DNA from: Acutalibacteraceae bacterium
GTDB lineage: Bacteria; Bacillota; Clostridia; Oscillospirales; Acutalibacteraceae
Direction of reading: 5' to 3'
Length of the DNA stretch: 64,000 nucleotides
Assembly (NCBI GenBank): GCA_045535965.1
Contig: JAZSMR010000089.1
Coordinates: forward strand, 4,457-68,456
The translations under genes were made by a program, and so were the position numbers. Positions 55,656 to 64,000 of this stretch are shown here, one piece after another. The notes below the pieces were generated by a model that did not search any database, was not told the origin of the DNA, and saw only the letters and a program-made list of their open reading frames with translations. Position 1 is the first letter of the stretch. Every line of letters begins with the position of its first letter.

Positions 55656-56555
55656 TTATACAAACTTAATTTCCGTTTCAAGGTTTACGCCGAATTTGTC
55701 GTAAACTGTCTTCTGACAGTGTCTGATGAGATTTATAACATCAGTTGTTGTTGCACCGTCATAATTTATAATGAAGCCTGCGTGCTTTTCACTTACCATA
55801 GCACCGCCGATTCGTTTACCTTTAAGGCCAGACTGCTCAATAAGAGCACCTGCAAAATAACCCTCAGGGCGCTTGAACACACTGCCGGCGCTGGGATACT
55901 CCAAAGGCTGTTTGTCAACTCTTCTGCCCATAACATCGGTCATTTTAGCTTCAATTTCCCTCTTGTCGCCCTTTTCAAGCTTAATTACAAGTGATGTAAT
56001 AATTAGCTCTGAATCAGTATAAGCACTTCTTCTGTATGCAAATTTGAGCTCGTTACCGCAGAAACTGCCCTTGATGCCGTTTCTGTCGATGTGGTTGACT
56101 CTAACGGTGACATCTTTCATTTCGCCGCCGTAAGCACCTGCATTCATATATGCCGCACCGCCGCAGGAGCCGGGAATACCGTAAGCAAACTCGAGACCTG
56201 TAAGTGAATTTGAGAGAGCAAACTTGCAAAGCGAAGCAAGGGATGTACCTGCTGAGACTTCTATAGTCGCTTCATCAATAAGCTTCATATCTGCAAAATC
56301 CTGAGAGATATGAATAACAACCTTATCCTTTATTCCGTCGTCACTGACAAGAAGATTACTGCCTTTGCCGAGAATGAAAACATCTTTATTCTCTTCGGTG
56401 CAAAGTGCGAGTACTCTGCCAAGTGTGTCTTCACTGTCAATATCGACAAACAACGATGCAGGTCCACCCGTCTTAAAGGAGGTGTGATTGCTCATAGGCT
56501 CATCGAGTTTATATGAAACATTGTTTAAATCAAGCTTTTTAATGAGATTAGTCAA
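55656..56555 (-). CDS. murB: UDP-N-acetylenolpyruvoylglucosamine reductase
   Basis: FAD-binding N-terminus (HTSFKTGGPA). I place the start at TTG 56555 (GGAGG, 7 nt, TTG; MTNLIKKLDLNN...), giving about 299 aa. The longer track ORF overlaps glcK by 146 nt. Confidence 0.9.
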   Translation of the reverse strand: MTNLIKKLDLNNVSYKLDEPMSNHTSFKTGGPASLFVDIDSEDTLGRVLALCTEENKDVFILGKGSNLLVSDDGIKDKVVIHISQDFADMKLIDEATIEVSAGTSLASLCKFALSNSLTGLEFAYGIPGSCGGAAYMNAGAYGGEMKDVTVRVNHIDRNGIKGSFCGNELKFAYRRSAYTDSELIITSLVIKLEKGDKREIEAKMTDVMGRRVDKQPLEYPSAGSVFKRPEGYFAGALIEQSGLKGKRIGGAMVSEKHAGFIINYDGATTTDVINLIRHCQKTVYDKFGVNLETEIKFV

Positions 56556-56571
56556 AAGATGACCTCCAAAA

Positions 56572-57531
56572 TTATTCTGTAAGGCAACCTGCACCGATAA
56601 TACCGGCATCGTTACCGAGAGTAGCACGGCAGATTTCAGTCTGAATTTCCTGCTTTTTGCTATAACGTTCTTTTGCAACAATTTCTCTGATGGGAGCAAG
56701 AAGTGTTTCACCTTCATTACAGATGCCGCCGCCGAAGCAAATCATTTCGGGCTGGAATATATTTACAATGTTGGTAGTACCGACAGCGATATATCTGATA
56801 TAGTTGTCAACTACTTCCTTACCCCACTTATCGCCTTTACGCATAGCGTCAAAAGCTGTTCTGCCGCCTGCGTTTTCAATGTTGCCTGAAGCAAGCTCCC
56901 ACATTACGCTGTCCTTATGCTCAAGCATAGCAGCTTTAGTCTGATTAACCAGAGCAGTAGCACTTGCATATCTTTCCCAGCAGCCTACTCGTCCGCAGTT
57001 GCAAGGTTCGCCGTCAAACTTAATTACCGTATGTCCGAGCTCACCGCCTGCATCGTTACAGCCTGTAAGCACATTGCCGTCAAGGACAACACCGCCACCT
57101 ACACCCGTACCGAGAGTAACGGCAACAAAGCTCTTCTTACCCTTACCTGAGCCTGCAAGCGCCTCACCGAGAGCTGCACAGTTAGCATCGTTTTCTATAT
57201 ATACGGGCACACCGGGGATTTCTTTGTTAACAAGCTCAGCGGCAGGTACATTGTCAAAATAAAGATTGTTGGCATAAAGAATTATACCGTTTTTCTTATC
57301 GCATGAGCCGGGTGTACCGATACCGATAGAAGCAACATCACTAATATCAATATTCGCTTTGCTCACAGCTTCTTTACAGCACTTCACGATATCCGCAAAA
57401 ATCTCTTCTGCAGGTCTCGGGATATTAGTTTTTGTGTGAGCTCTTGAAATAATCTCAAGATTTTCATTAATTACACCAACTGCGATGTTTGTTCCGCCTA
57501 AATCTACACCAATTCTATACATATTGTTCAC
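56572..57531 (-). CDS. glcK: ROK-family glucokinase
   Basis: 319 aa. ATP-binding DLGGTNIAVG and the ROK zinc motif (CNCGRVGCWE). Confidence 0.92.
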   Translation of the reverse strand: MNNMYRIGVDLGGTNIAVGVINENLEIISRAHTKTNIPRPAEEIFADIVKCCKEAVSKANIDISDVASIGIGTPGSCDKKNGIILYANNLYFDNVPAAELVNKEIPGVPVYIENDANCAALGEALAGSGKGKKSFVAVTLGTGVGGGVVLDGNVLTGCNDAGGELGHTVIKFDGEPCNCGRVGCWERYASATALVNQTKAAMLEHKDSVMWELASGNIENAGGRTAFDAMRKGDKWGKEVVDNYIRYIAVGTTNIVNIFQPEMICFGGGICNEGETLLAPIREIVAKERYSKKQEIQTEICRATLGNDAGIIGAGCLTE

Positions 57532-57534
57532 CTC

Positions 57535-58503
57535 TTAAAAATTTCCCCACATTTTGATTTCATCTTCCTGTGGCATTATATCATCTGTCATGCCGAGATT
57601 ATGCATAAGCTCTCTTGCGGCATTATAACCCATTTTTTTCTGTCGGTTATTCATGGCAGCAACCTCGATAATAACTGCAAGGTTACGGCCGGGCTTAACG
57701 GGTATAACCGTATAAGGAACTTTTACATTGAGAATTTCAGTATATTCGTTGTCTATACCCATTCTGTCGTATACCTTTTCGCTGTCCCAGGGCTCAAGCT
57801 GAATAACCATATCGATTTTTTCGGCAAGCTTTACAGCACCCATACCGAAGATTCGTCTTGCATTGATAATACCGATACCGCGAAGCTCAATAAAGTGTCT
57901 GATGTTATCGGGCGCCGAGCCGACTATTGTCTTAGAGCCCGTCTTTTTGATTTCAACTGCATCGTCTGCAATAAGTCTGTGTCCACGCTTGATAAGCTCA
58001 ACTGCGCTTTCGCTCTTACCTACACCGCTGTCACCTAAGATAAGCACACCTTCACCGTATACTTCAACAAATACACCGTGTCTTGTAATTCTCTCTGCAA
58101 GCTCAACATTGAGATATCCAATAAGTGCAGCCATCGAGCGTGATGTAGTATCGTTAGTAACGAGCAGAGGCACCTCATATTTTCTTGCAAATTCTAAGAG
58201 TTCATCAGGGCACGGTAAGCTTCTTGTAACAACAACACAGGCAGGCTTCTTTGACATAAAGAGCTCTACTTTTCTTCTTCTGTCTTCCTCGGGATACGAC
58301 TCAATGTAACCCATTTCGGTTTTGCCTAAGAAGTTTATTCTGCCGCTGTCAAAGTATTCCTCAAAGCCTGAAAGCAAAAGACCGGGTCTGTTTATATCTC
58401 TCGACGAAATAAATATTTCAGTCGGATCCTTTGGCATGTGAAGAACTTCAAAGGTATTATCCTTAAGTATCTTGGCAAGTGAAACTGAATATCTGAATGC
58501 CAT
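57535..58503 (-). CDS. hprK: HPr kinase/phosphorylase
   Basis: P-loop GDSGVGKSE and the signature region IELRGIGIIN. The start is at ATG 58503 (GGAGGTG RBS); the track ORF starts 15 nt upstream, inside the RBS. Confidence 0.96.
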   Translation of the reverse strand: MAFRYSVSLAKILKDNTFEVLHMPKDPTEIFISSRDINRPGLLLSGFEEYFDSGRINFLGKTEMGYIESYPEEDRRRKVELFMSKKPACVVVTRSLPCPDELLEFARKYEVPLLVTNDTTSRSMAALIGYLNVELAERITRHGVFVEVYGEGVLILGDSGVGKSESAVELIKRGHRLIADDAVEIKKTGSKTIVGSAPDNIRHFIELRGIGIINARRIFGMGAVKLAEKIDMVIQLEPWDSEKVYDRMGIDNEYTEILNVKVPYTVIPVKPGRNLAVIIEVAAMNNRQKKMGYNAARELMHNLGMTDDIMPQEDEIKMWGNF

Positions 58504-58548
58504 AGAGATCACCTCCAAAAATGTATGTTCACATAGTTATACCCATAC

Positions 58549-58577
58549 ATTATATAACAAAAAAAGAAGGTTGCCAA
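58549..58577 (-). promoter_or_regulatory. sigma-A-type promoter of hprK (TTGGCA-17-TATAAT)
   Basis: The minus strand reads TTGGCA (58572-58577), a 17-nt spacer, then TATAAT (58549-58554), about 45 nt upstream of the ATG. Confidence 0.55.
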
Positions 58578-58617
58578 CTGTTTTTAATGAATTTTTTTAA
58601 TTTTTTACGCAAAATTT

Positions 58618-58650
58618 CAGCTCCAAAGGACAAAAATTCCCTTGAAGCTG
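58618..58650 (-). terminator. terminator hairpin after glgP
   Basis: The minus strand reads CAGCTTCAAGGGAatttttgTCCTTTGGAGCTG, a 13-bp stem with two G-U pairs, followed by AAATTTTG. It begins 5 nt after the glgP stop. Confidence 0.6.
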
Positions 58651-58654
58651 ATGT

Positions 58655-60904
58655 TTAATCTTTAAACCATATATCCTCTGCGTATTCACCTACGGTTCTG
58701 TCAGAAGAAAAGTAAGCCGAATTCGAAATATTCATCAGCGCTTTTCTGCCAAAGCTTTCCTTATCTATCGTGTTATTAAGGGCCTTTTCAAGACAGGCTA
58801 TAAAAGCTTTTAAATCACCAAGCACCATATATCTGTCGGGGTTGGCATCATTTATCAGTGAGTCGTAAATATCCTTAAAGCCGTATCTCTCACCGAATTT
58901 ACCGCTGACAAGTGTATCAACAACATCTTTTATCTCAGAGTTTTCGTTATATAATTTTTCGGGGTCATAGGTACTTTTACGGACATTGACCTCGTCTTCT
59001 CTCATACCGAAAATGAAGTTGTTCTCCTCTCCTGCCTCCTGACAGATTTCAATATTAGCCCCGTCATAGGTACCGAGAGTTACAGCACCGTTCATCATAA
59101 GCTTCATATTACCCGTACCCGAAGCCTCTGTACCTGCAAGAGAAATTTGCAGTGAAATATCAGCGGCAGGTATAATTTTCTCTGCTAAAGACACGTTATA
59201 GTTAGGCAGAAAAACAACCTTGAGTTTACCGTCTATATTACTATCATTGTTTATCACTCTTGCAACGTTATTGATATATTTAATAATAGATTTTGCAATT
59301 TTATACCCGGGAGCTGCCTTACCGCCAAAGATAAAAGTAGCGTTGGGTAAGTCTTTATACCCTCCTTTCTTCATCTTAAGATAGAGATGAACTACACCGA
59401 AAATCGCCATAAGCTGGCGTTTGTATTCGTGTATACGCTTAATCTGCACAACAAAAACACTGTTTTCATCAATATCAATGTTAAAGTTTTTCTTTGTAAA
59501 CTCACATAACGCTTTCTTGTTTTGCTGTTTAATGTCATATAGTGCCTTTAAAACTTCAACATCATTTTCGAAACTTTCAAGTCTTCTGATGTTTTCTGTT
59601 TCTTCAATAATATCACAGCCACAGAGCTTTGAAAGGAAATCCGACAGCGGTTTATTGCAAAGACCAAGCCAACGTCTCTGAGCGATACCGTTAGTTTTAT
59701 TGGTAAATTTATCCGGGTACAACTTATACCACTGTGACAGAGTCTCTTTTTTCAGAATCTCCGTATGAATATTTGCAACACCGTTGATGTGTGAACATAC
59801 ATAACAGGCTAAGTTCGCCATTTTGACCCTGCCGTCAATAACAATAGCGCAGTCCTCAAAAGAAACATCTTTATGATTACTCAGCTGAAAAAGAAGCATG
59901 TCGTTGATTTTCTGTATTATTCCGTAAACCTGAGGAATAACCTCTCGCATCATTTTACAGTCCCATTCCTCAAGAGCCTCGGGCATTACAGTATGATTGG
60001 TATATGCAAAAATCCTGTTACACTTGAGAAGAGCATTGTCAAACCCCATATTCTGTTTTACGCAGATGTTTATAAGCTCGGGTATAGCTAAAATCGGGTG
60101 GGTATCGTTGAGCTGTATTTTTATCTTATCCTCAAGACCCTCAAGACCGTATCTGTTCACAATGTTCTGAAGAGAAGCACTGACTAAAAAGTACTGCTGG
60201 CGAAGTCTCAGCTTCTTACCCTCATAGGTACTGTCATCGGGATAGAGATATTCATATATCTTTTCCGCTTCGGCTTCACTACAGGAATCTTTTTTACATT
60301 CGTATAACCTCAGCGTGTTTATGCGCTTAAAACTGTAACCGATAATATTATAGTCAAAGGGTAAAGCTTTAACGCTGTAGTCGGCGTACTCAACAGTTAC
60401 GCTTTCATCTTCTCTTTTAATTGCAAAGGCGTCTTTGATTTTTTGCCAGTCATCAGGCAACTCCGTCTGGCTTCCGTCACCTGAGAAATTCTGCTTGAAC
60501 AGTCCGTATTTATATCTTATGCCGTATCCGTCGAGAGGAATCTCGCAAGAGGCGGCAGAGTCAAGAAAGCAAGCCGCAAGCCTGCCGAGTCCGCCGTTGC
60601 CGAAGGCATAATCATCTATATCTTCAAGCTCTTTGAGACTGTGACCGTTATCAAGAAGAGCTTTCTCAACATAATCCGTATTTTTCATATTATAAAGATT
60701 CGAGTATAAAAGCTTACCTATAAGATATTCAATCGAAAAGTATGCCACTCTTTTACCGTTTGTTTCTTTCTTATGAAAACTGCACTTTTCGTTAACAAGC
60801 TCACCGATTATACCGTATATCTCTTCTTTGTCAAGAACCTTAATACTCTTACCGTATTTTTCACGGGATATTTCCGATAATTTTTCTTCAAACTGCTTAT
60901 ACAT
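58655..60904 (-). CDS. glgP: glycogen/maltodextrin (alpha-glucan) phosphorylase
   Basis: 749 aa. The PLP-lysine signature EASGTGNMKLMMNGA is present and length is typical of GT35. Confidence 0.96.
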   Translation of the reverse strand: MYKQFEEKLSEISREKYGKSIKVLDKEEIYGIIGELVNEKCSFHKKETNGKRVAYFSIEYLIGKLLYSNLYNMKNTDYVEKALLDNGHSLKELEDIDDYAFGNGGLGRLAACFLDSAASCEIPLDGYGIRYKYGLFKQNFSGDGSQTELPDDWQKIKDAFAIKREDESVTVEYADYSVKALPFDYNIIGYSFKRINTLRLYECKKDSCSEAEAEKIYEYLYPDDSTYEGKKLRLRQQYFLVSASLQNIVNRYGLEGLEDKIKIQLNDTHPILAIPELINICVKQNMGFDNALLKCNRIFAYTNHTVMPEALEEWDCKMMREVIPQVYGIIQKINDMLLFQLSNHKDVSFEDCAIVIDGRVKMANLACYVCSHINGVANIHTEILKKETLSQWYKLYPDKFTNKTNGIAQRRWLGLCNKPLSDFLSKLCGCDIIEETENIRRLESFENDVEVLKALYDIKQQNKKALCEFTKKNFNIDIDENSVFVVQIKRIHEYKRQLMAIFGVVHLYLKMKKGGYKDLPNATFIFGGKAAPGYKIAKSIIKYINNVARVINNDSNIDGKLKVVFLPNYNVSLAEKIIPAADISLQISLAGTEASGTGNMKLMMNGAVTLGTYDGANIEICQEAGEENNFIFGMREDEVNVRKSTYDPEKLYNENSEIKDVVDTLVSGKFGERYGFKDIYDSLINDANPDRYMVLGDLKAFIACLEKALNNTIDKESFGRKALMNISNSAYFSSDRTVGEYAEDIWFKD

Positions 60905-60946
60905 TTATTCATCACCGATAATAGTTTATCCCGATAAAAAATTAAA

Positions 60947-60971
60947 ACAGACGGTAAAAATTACCGCCTGT
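60947..60971 (-). terminator. terminator-like hairpin between the 78-aa ORF and glgP
   Basis: The minus strand reads ACAGGCGGTAAtttTTACCGTCTGT, an 11-bp stem with one G-U pair, followed by TTTTAATTTTTT. The glgP ATG lies only about 42 nt downstream. Confidence 0.65.
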
Positions 60972-60989
60972 AATAAACTGAGAACTCAA

Positions 60990-61226
60990 TTATGCATTGT
61001 GTTCTTCGAGCCACTGCTGAGCTTTAGCAGCTGACATTCTTGTGATGTTTTCAGTCTTATAGATTGAATCTTCGCCGCCGTTGGTATAGAGAAAATACTT
61101 GCCGTCAGCTTTTACATAAAGACTCTCTTCATAGCCTGCTGCATCGCCGAATTCGCCGCTTGTAAACTTCTTTACGAGTTCTGCATTTTCAGTGTCGTAT
61201 TCAACTTTACAAATGATCTTTTTCAT
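60990..61226 (-). CDS. small hypothetical protein (78 aa), family not recognised
   Basis: Good RBS (AAGGAG, 9 nt, ATG), a consensus-like promoter of its own, and a hairpin after the stop. The sequence MKKIICKVEYDTENAELVKKFTSGEFGDAAGYEESLYVKADGKYFLYTNGGEDS... has normal soluble-protein composition. Confidence 0.65.
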   Translation of the reverse strand: MKKIICKVEYDTENAELVKKFTSGEFGDAAGYEESLYVKADGKYFLYTNGGEDSIYKTENITRMSAAKAQQWLEEHNA

Positions 61227-61260
61227 TGCGTCATTACTCCTTATTAGATTTATGTCAGTT

Positions 61261-61289
61261 ATTATAACTTATTTTTCTGCATTTTGCAA
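61261..61289 (-). promoter_or_regulatory. sigma-A-type promoter of the 78-aa ORF (TTGCAA-17-TATAAT)
   Basis: The minus strand reads TTGCAA (61284-61289), a 17-nt spacer, then TATAAT (61261-61266), about 35 nt upstream of the ATG at 61226. Confidence 0.55.
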
Positions 61290-61369
61290 GCAAATTACGA
61301 GTGTTTACAATATAAACCACTTTTATTAAAAATTTATATTAATTTACTATCAAAATTATACATTTAAAA

Positions 61370-61398
61370 TTGACAATCGAGTTTCTTTTCTGTATAAT
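61370..61398 (+). promoter_or_regulatory. perfect-consensus sigma-A promoter of the MFS transporter gene (TTGACA-17-TATAAT)
   Basis: TTGACA at 61370-61375, a 17-nt spacer, then TATAAT at 61393-61398, about 30 nt upstream of the ATG at 61429. The RBS is AAGGAGAG. Confidence 0.65.
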
Positions 61399-61428
61399 TG
61401 ACACATATCAAAAAAGGAGAGACACTTT

Positions 61429-62907
61429 ATGACGAACACTATCCAGACTTCTGAAAATCAGAAACACGTAAAATCAGGTGAGTTTATTATGTACCTGATG
61501 GGTGTATTTTTTTACACAACCATGACCGGTATGGTCGGCGGTAACAGAAACGCTTATCTTGTTAACGTATTGAGACTTCCCGAAGAACAGACCTCATTTT
61601 TCAATATTCTCACTGCAATTATCCCGTTTGTTCTTAATTTCTTTATCGTTATGTATATTGACGGAAGAAAAATGGGCAAAGGCGGAAAATTCAGACCTAT
61701 CGCAATGCTCGTAGCAGTACCTATGGCAATAGTTATGATGCTCTCTTTCTGGGCACCCAAGGGTCTTTCAGGCACAATGCTGATGATCTACATCGTTACA
61801 CTTGCAGTTCTTTGGTCGGTATTCTGCACCTTCGGCAACTCAATAAATATGGTTGCCAACGTAATGACGCCTAATCTTAAGGAGCGTGACCATGTTCTTT
61901 CCTTCCGTTCTATTTCAAGTGCAGTAGGTAACTCAGCCCCCGTTGTTATCGTTCTTGTTATCGGCCTTATCTGGAAGAAAGACGATGCATCTCTTATTGA
62001 AGCGGTTACAGGCACAAGCATCCGCAGTGTTGAAGGCTTACAGTACATAATTTCAGCCGGTCTTTGCAGCGTTGTCGGTATTATCACAGTTTTACTCGGT
62101 ATGAAAATGGTCCGTGAAAGAACTGTTTACACTGCAAAAAGGCAAAATCCTCTTATCGGCTTTATTGACATTATCAAGAATAAATACGCCTGGACAATCA
62201 TTCTTTCCGAGTTTTTAAAGAGCTTCAGAGGTATCTCTACATATATGGAAGCTTTCATCGCTGCGGCAGTACTCGGCGATATTTCAAAGAAAATTCTTTT
62301 CGTTCTTCCTGTCGGCATCGGTACGGCAGTCGGTATGCTTGTAATCAACTTCCTTCTTAAGAAGTTCGATGCAAGACAGCTTTACATCGCAAGCGGTATT
62401 TATTCAGTTTGTGCAAACTGCATCGCCTTCGGCGTAGGCTATGCTTACTTCAAAACAGGCACAGGCATCCTTCAGATTGTTTTCATCGTTTTCCTTTTCC
62501 TTATCGGTCTTCAGTTCGGTGCATCAAACCTTCTTCCCTCAATGTTCCAGGCTGACGTACTTGAGGATATCGAGTTAAAGACAGGCAAACGTTTCGACGC
62601 TTCTTTCCCCTTTGTTATCGGCATAGGCACTCTTATCAGCGGTACAATCGCAAGTGCTGTTGCACCTCTTATTCTTTACGGTGAAGGCTCAATCATCGGT
62701 TATATTCAGCCTACAGACCTTGATCCCACACCTGTACAGAGTATTGAAACAAAAGTTACACTCTTATTCTTCTACACAATCGTTCACGGTATTATGATGT
62801 TCCTTGCAGGTGCACCCTTCTTCTTCTATAAGCTCACAGGCAAGACTAAAGAAGACATACACAATGCAGTTATCGCTCAGCGTGAAAAAATGGAAACCGC
62901 AGAATAA
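61429..62907 (+). CDS. MFS/GPH-like sugar transporter
   Basis: 492-aa, roughly 12-TM protein resembling glycoside-pentoside-hexuronide-type MFS carriers. The substrate is unknown. Confidence 0.8.
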   Translation: MTNTIQTSENQKHVKSGEFIMYLMGVFFYTTMTGMVGGNRNAYLVNVLRLPEEQTSFFNILTAIIPFVLNFFIVMYIDGRKMGKGGKFRPIAMLVAVPMAIVMMLSFWAPKGLSGTMLMIYIVTLAVLWSVFCTFGNSINMVANVMTPNLKERDHVLSFRSISSAVGNSAPVVIVLVIGLIWKKDDASLIEAVTGTSIRSVEGLQYIISAGLCSVVGIITVLLGMKMVRERTVYTAKRQNPLIGFIDIIKNKYAWTIILSEFLKSFRGISTYMEAFIAAAVLGDISKKILFVLPVGIGTAVGMLVINFLLKKFDARQLYIASGIYSVCANCIAFGVGYAYFKTGTGILQIVFIVFLFLIGLQFGASNLLPSMFQADVLEDIELKTGKRFDASFPFVIGIGTLISGTIASAVAPLILYGEGSIIGYIQPTDLDPTPVQSIETKVTLLFFYTIVHGIMMFLAGAPFFFYKLTGKTKEDIHNAVIAQREKMETAE

Positions 62908-62924
62908 AATATTTCAGAAAAAGA

Positions 62925-62951
62925 GGTAATACGGATAAATTCCGTATTACC
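62925..62951. terminator. bidirectional terminator between the MFS gene (+) and the U32 peptidase gene (-)
   Basis: GGTAATACGGA / TCCGTATTACC is an 11-bp perfect stem with a 5-nt loop. It is followed by CCTAATTTTTTT on the plus strand and by TCTTTTTCTG on the minus strand. Confidence 0.8.
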
Positions 62952-62998
62952 CCTAATTTTTTTACGCTTTCATCTTTGGCGGTGAGTAAGTGCTTATT

Positions 62999-64000
62999 TT
63001 AAATTATAACTCTTGCAGCTTCATCTCGTTCTTTACGAAGTATTGTCTCATCTTCGAGAGGAATATCGCATTCGAATGTGAAGTCCATCATCGGGTGGTT
63101 GGTGGCGTCTATTGCTTCGCCTTCAGCATTTTTCAGATTCTTTACAACAACTCTGAAAGGCTCTTTACCTACAAACATAGCTTCAAGCTCGTCACCTTCG
63201 AAGAAACGGTTTCTCTGAGAGCAGTAGGCAATACCGTCCTTCCAGTATTTTACAATAGCCATAACGTCCCATTCACGGTTGTATCCGCCTTTATAGCTGA
63301 CATTGGCATCATCATGTACATCACCGTAGAAAAAGCCTGTACAATAGTCGCGGTAGCTGATTTTCCGCATTTCATCAATAATCCATTGCTTTGGTTTATA
63401 ATCGTCTGAGGGATTATCAAAATATTCGTCGATGGCCTTTCTGTAAGCATTGGTAACAACTGCAACATAATAAGCGGACTTCGCTCTGCCTTCAATCTTG
63501 AACGATGTAATACCGGCTTTAATCATTTCGGGGATATGCTCAATCATACACATATCCTTTGAGTTCATTATATAGGTACCGCCGTCACCCTCAGTAACCG
63601 GGAAATACTGCCCCGGTCTTTTTTCTTCCATGAGTGTATACTTCCAGCGGCAAGGCTGAGCACACTCTCCCCTGTTTGCATCTCTGCCAACGAGGTAATT
63701 GGAAATGAGACATCTGCCCGAAAAGGAAACACACATTGCACCGTGCACAAAGCACTCAATATCCATATCCTCAGGTATGTTTCTTCTCATTTCGGCAATT
63801 TCGGTCATTTTCAGCTCACGGGCAGTAACAACACGCTTGGCGCCCATTTCATAAAAGGCTCTTGCTGTCTCATAATTGACAATACCCGACTGAGTGGATA
63901 TGTGAATCTCCATATCGGGAACATATTTCTTAGCCATAGCCAGTACACCGATATCGGATATAATCAGCGCGTCTACGCCTGCCTTTTCAGCATCCCTGAG
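62999..64000 (-). CDS. peptidase U32 family protein (5' end outside the window)
   Basis: U32 signature ECFVHGAMCVSFSGRC. The reading frame stays open upstream of the track's Met to the window edge (...LRDAEKAGVDALIISDIGVLAMAKKYV...), so the gene is truncated by the window. Confidence 0.9.
   Translation of the reverse strand, partial: LRDAEKAGVDALIISDIGVLAMAKKYVPDMEIHISTQSGIVNYETARAFYEMGAKRVVTARELKMTEIAEMRRNIPEDMDIECFVHGAMCVSFSGRCLISNYLVGRDANRGECAQPCRWKYTLMEEKRPGQYFPVTEGDGGTYIMNSKDMCMIEHIPEMIKAGITSFKIEGRAKSAYYVAVVTNAYRKAIDEYFDNPSDDYKPKQWIIDEMRKISYRDYCTGFFYGDVHDDANVSYKGGYNREWDVMAIVKYWKDGIAYCSQRNRFFEGDELEAMFVGKEPFRVVVKNLKNAEGEAIDATNHPMMDFTFECDIPLEDETILRKERDEAARVII

Noticed and set aside
61368-61403. 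Direct repeat AATTGACA (61368-61375 and 61396-61403) in the MFS transporter promoter
   Set aside because: The first copy is simply the -35 hexamer. The second overlaps the end of the -10 and has no matching -10 of its own downstream. An 8-nt repeat in AT-rich DNA is weak evidence for an operator.
1-64000. Window-wide scan for CRISPR arrays, rRNA/tRNA genes, long tandem repeats, prophage or defence/toxin-antitoxin modules
   Set aside because: No spaced direct repeats were seen, and no intergenic region longer than about 210 nt exists. Every sizeable ORF has a housekeeping, sporulation, transport or IS assignment. I found nothing to support a hidden novel multi-gene system.

Overview
This is a densely packed core-chromosome segment from a fairly AT-rich, endospore-forming Firmicute, Clostridia-like by gene content (complete spoIIIAA-AH operon, an alpha/beta-type SASP gene). 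I cannot name the species from sequence alone. About 55 protein genes are present and roughly 90% are on the minus strand. In minus-strand order from high to low coordinates they are: a U32 peptidase (partial), a small orphan gene, glgP, hprK, glcK, murB, whiA, miaB, a YmcA/RicA-like gene, mutS, mutL, miaA, an HlyD-like protein, yggS, sepF, divIVA, lspA, rluD, a Cof-type HAD hydrolase, a split transketolase, a DUF1858-like protein, trmK, nif3, rqcH, dnaE, pfkA, radC, uvrB, uvrA, one IS200-type element, a GPH sugar symporter plus GH13 alpha-glucosidase, spoIIIAA-AH, nusB, xseA, xseB, ispA, dxs, tlyA, nadK, argR, recN, tyrS and a small membrane protein. Plus-strand islands hold yfhO, a PHP phosphatase plus YfcC transporter, and an MFS transporter. 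I saw no rRNA, tRNA, CRISPR array, prophage or recognisable defence or toxin island, and I found no convincing evidence of a novel multi-gene system. The only mobile DNA is a solo-tnpA IS200/IS605-family element with matching subterminal hairpins and an RBS-sequestering leader. The observations most worth a second look are: (i) a near-perfect NrdR-box palindrome filling the promoter spacer of an uncharacterised 151-aa membrane protein gene; (ii) the IS200 insertion between the uvrA terminator and a sugar-symporter promoter; (iii) three junctions where a terminator-like hairpin directly abuts the next gene's RBS; (iv) a textbook LexA (Cheo) box on a consensus uvrBA promoter; (v) tyrS with no room for a T-box leader; (vi) a YmcA/RicA-like protein with a Cys/His-rich tail. 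Several ORF-track starts were trimmed to internal starts that have good Shine-Dalgarno sequences.
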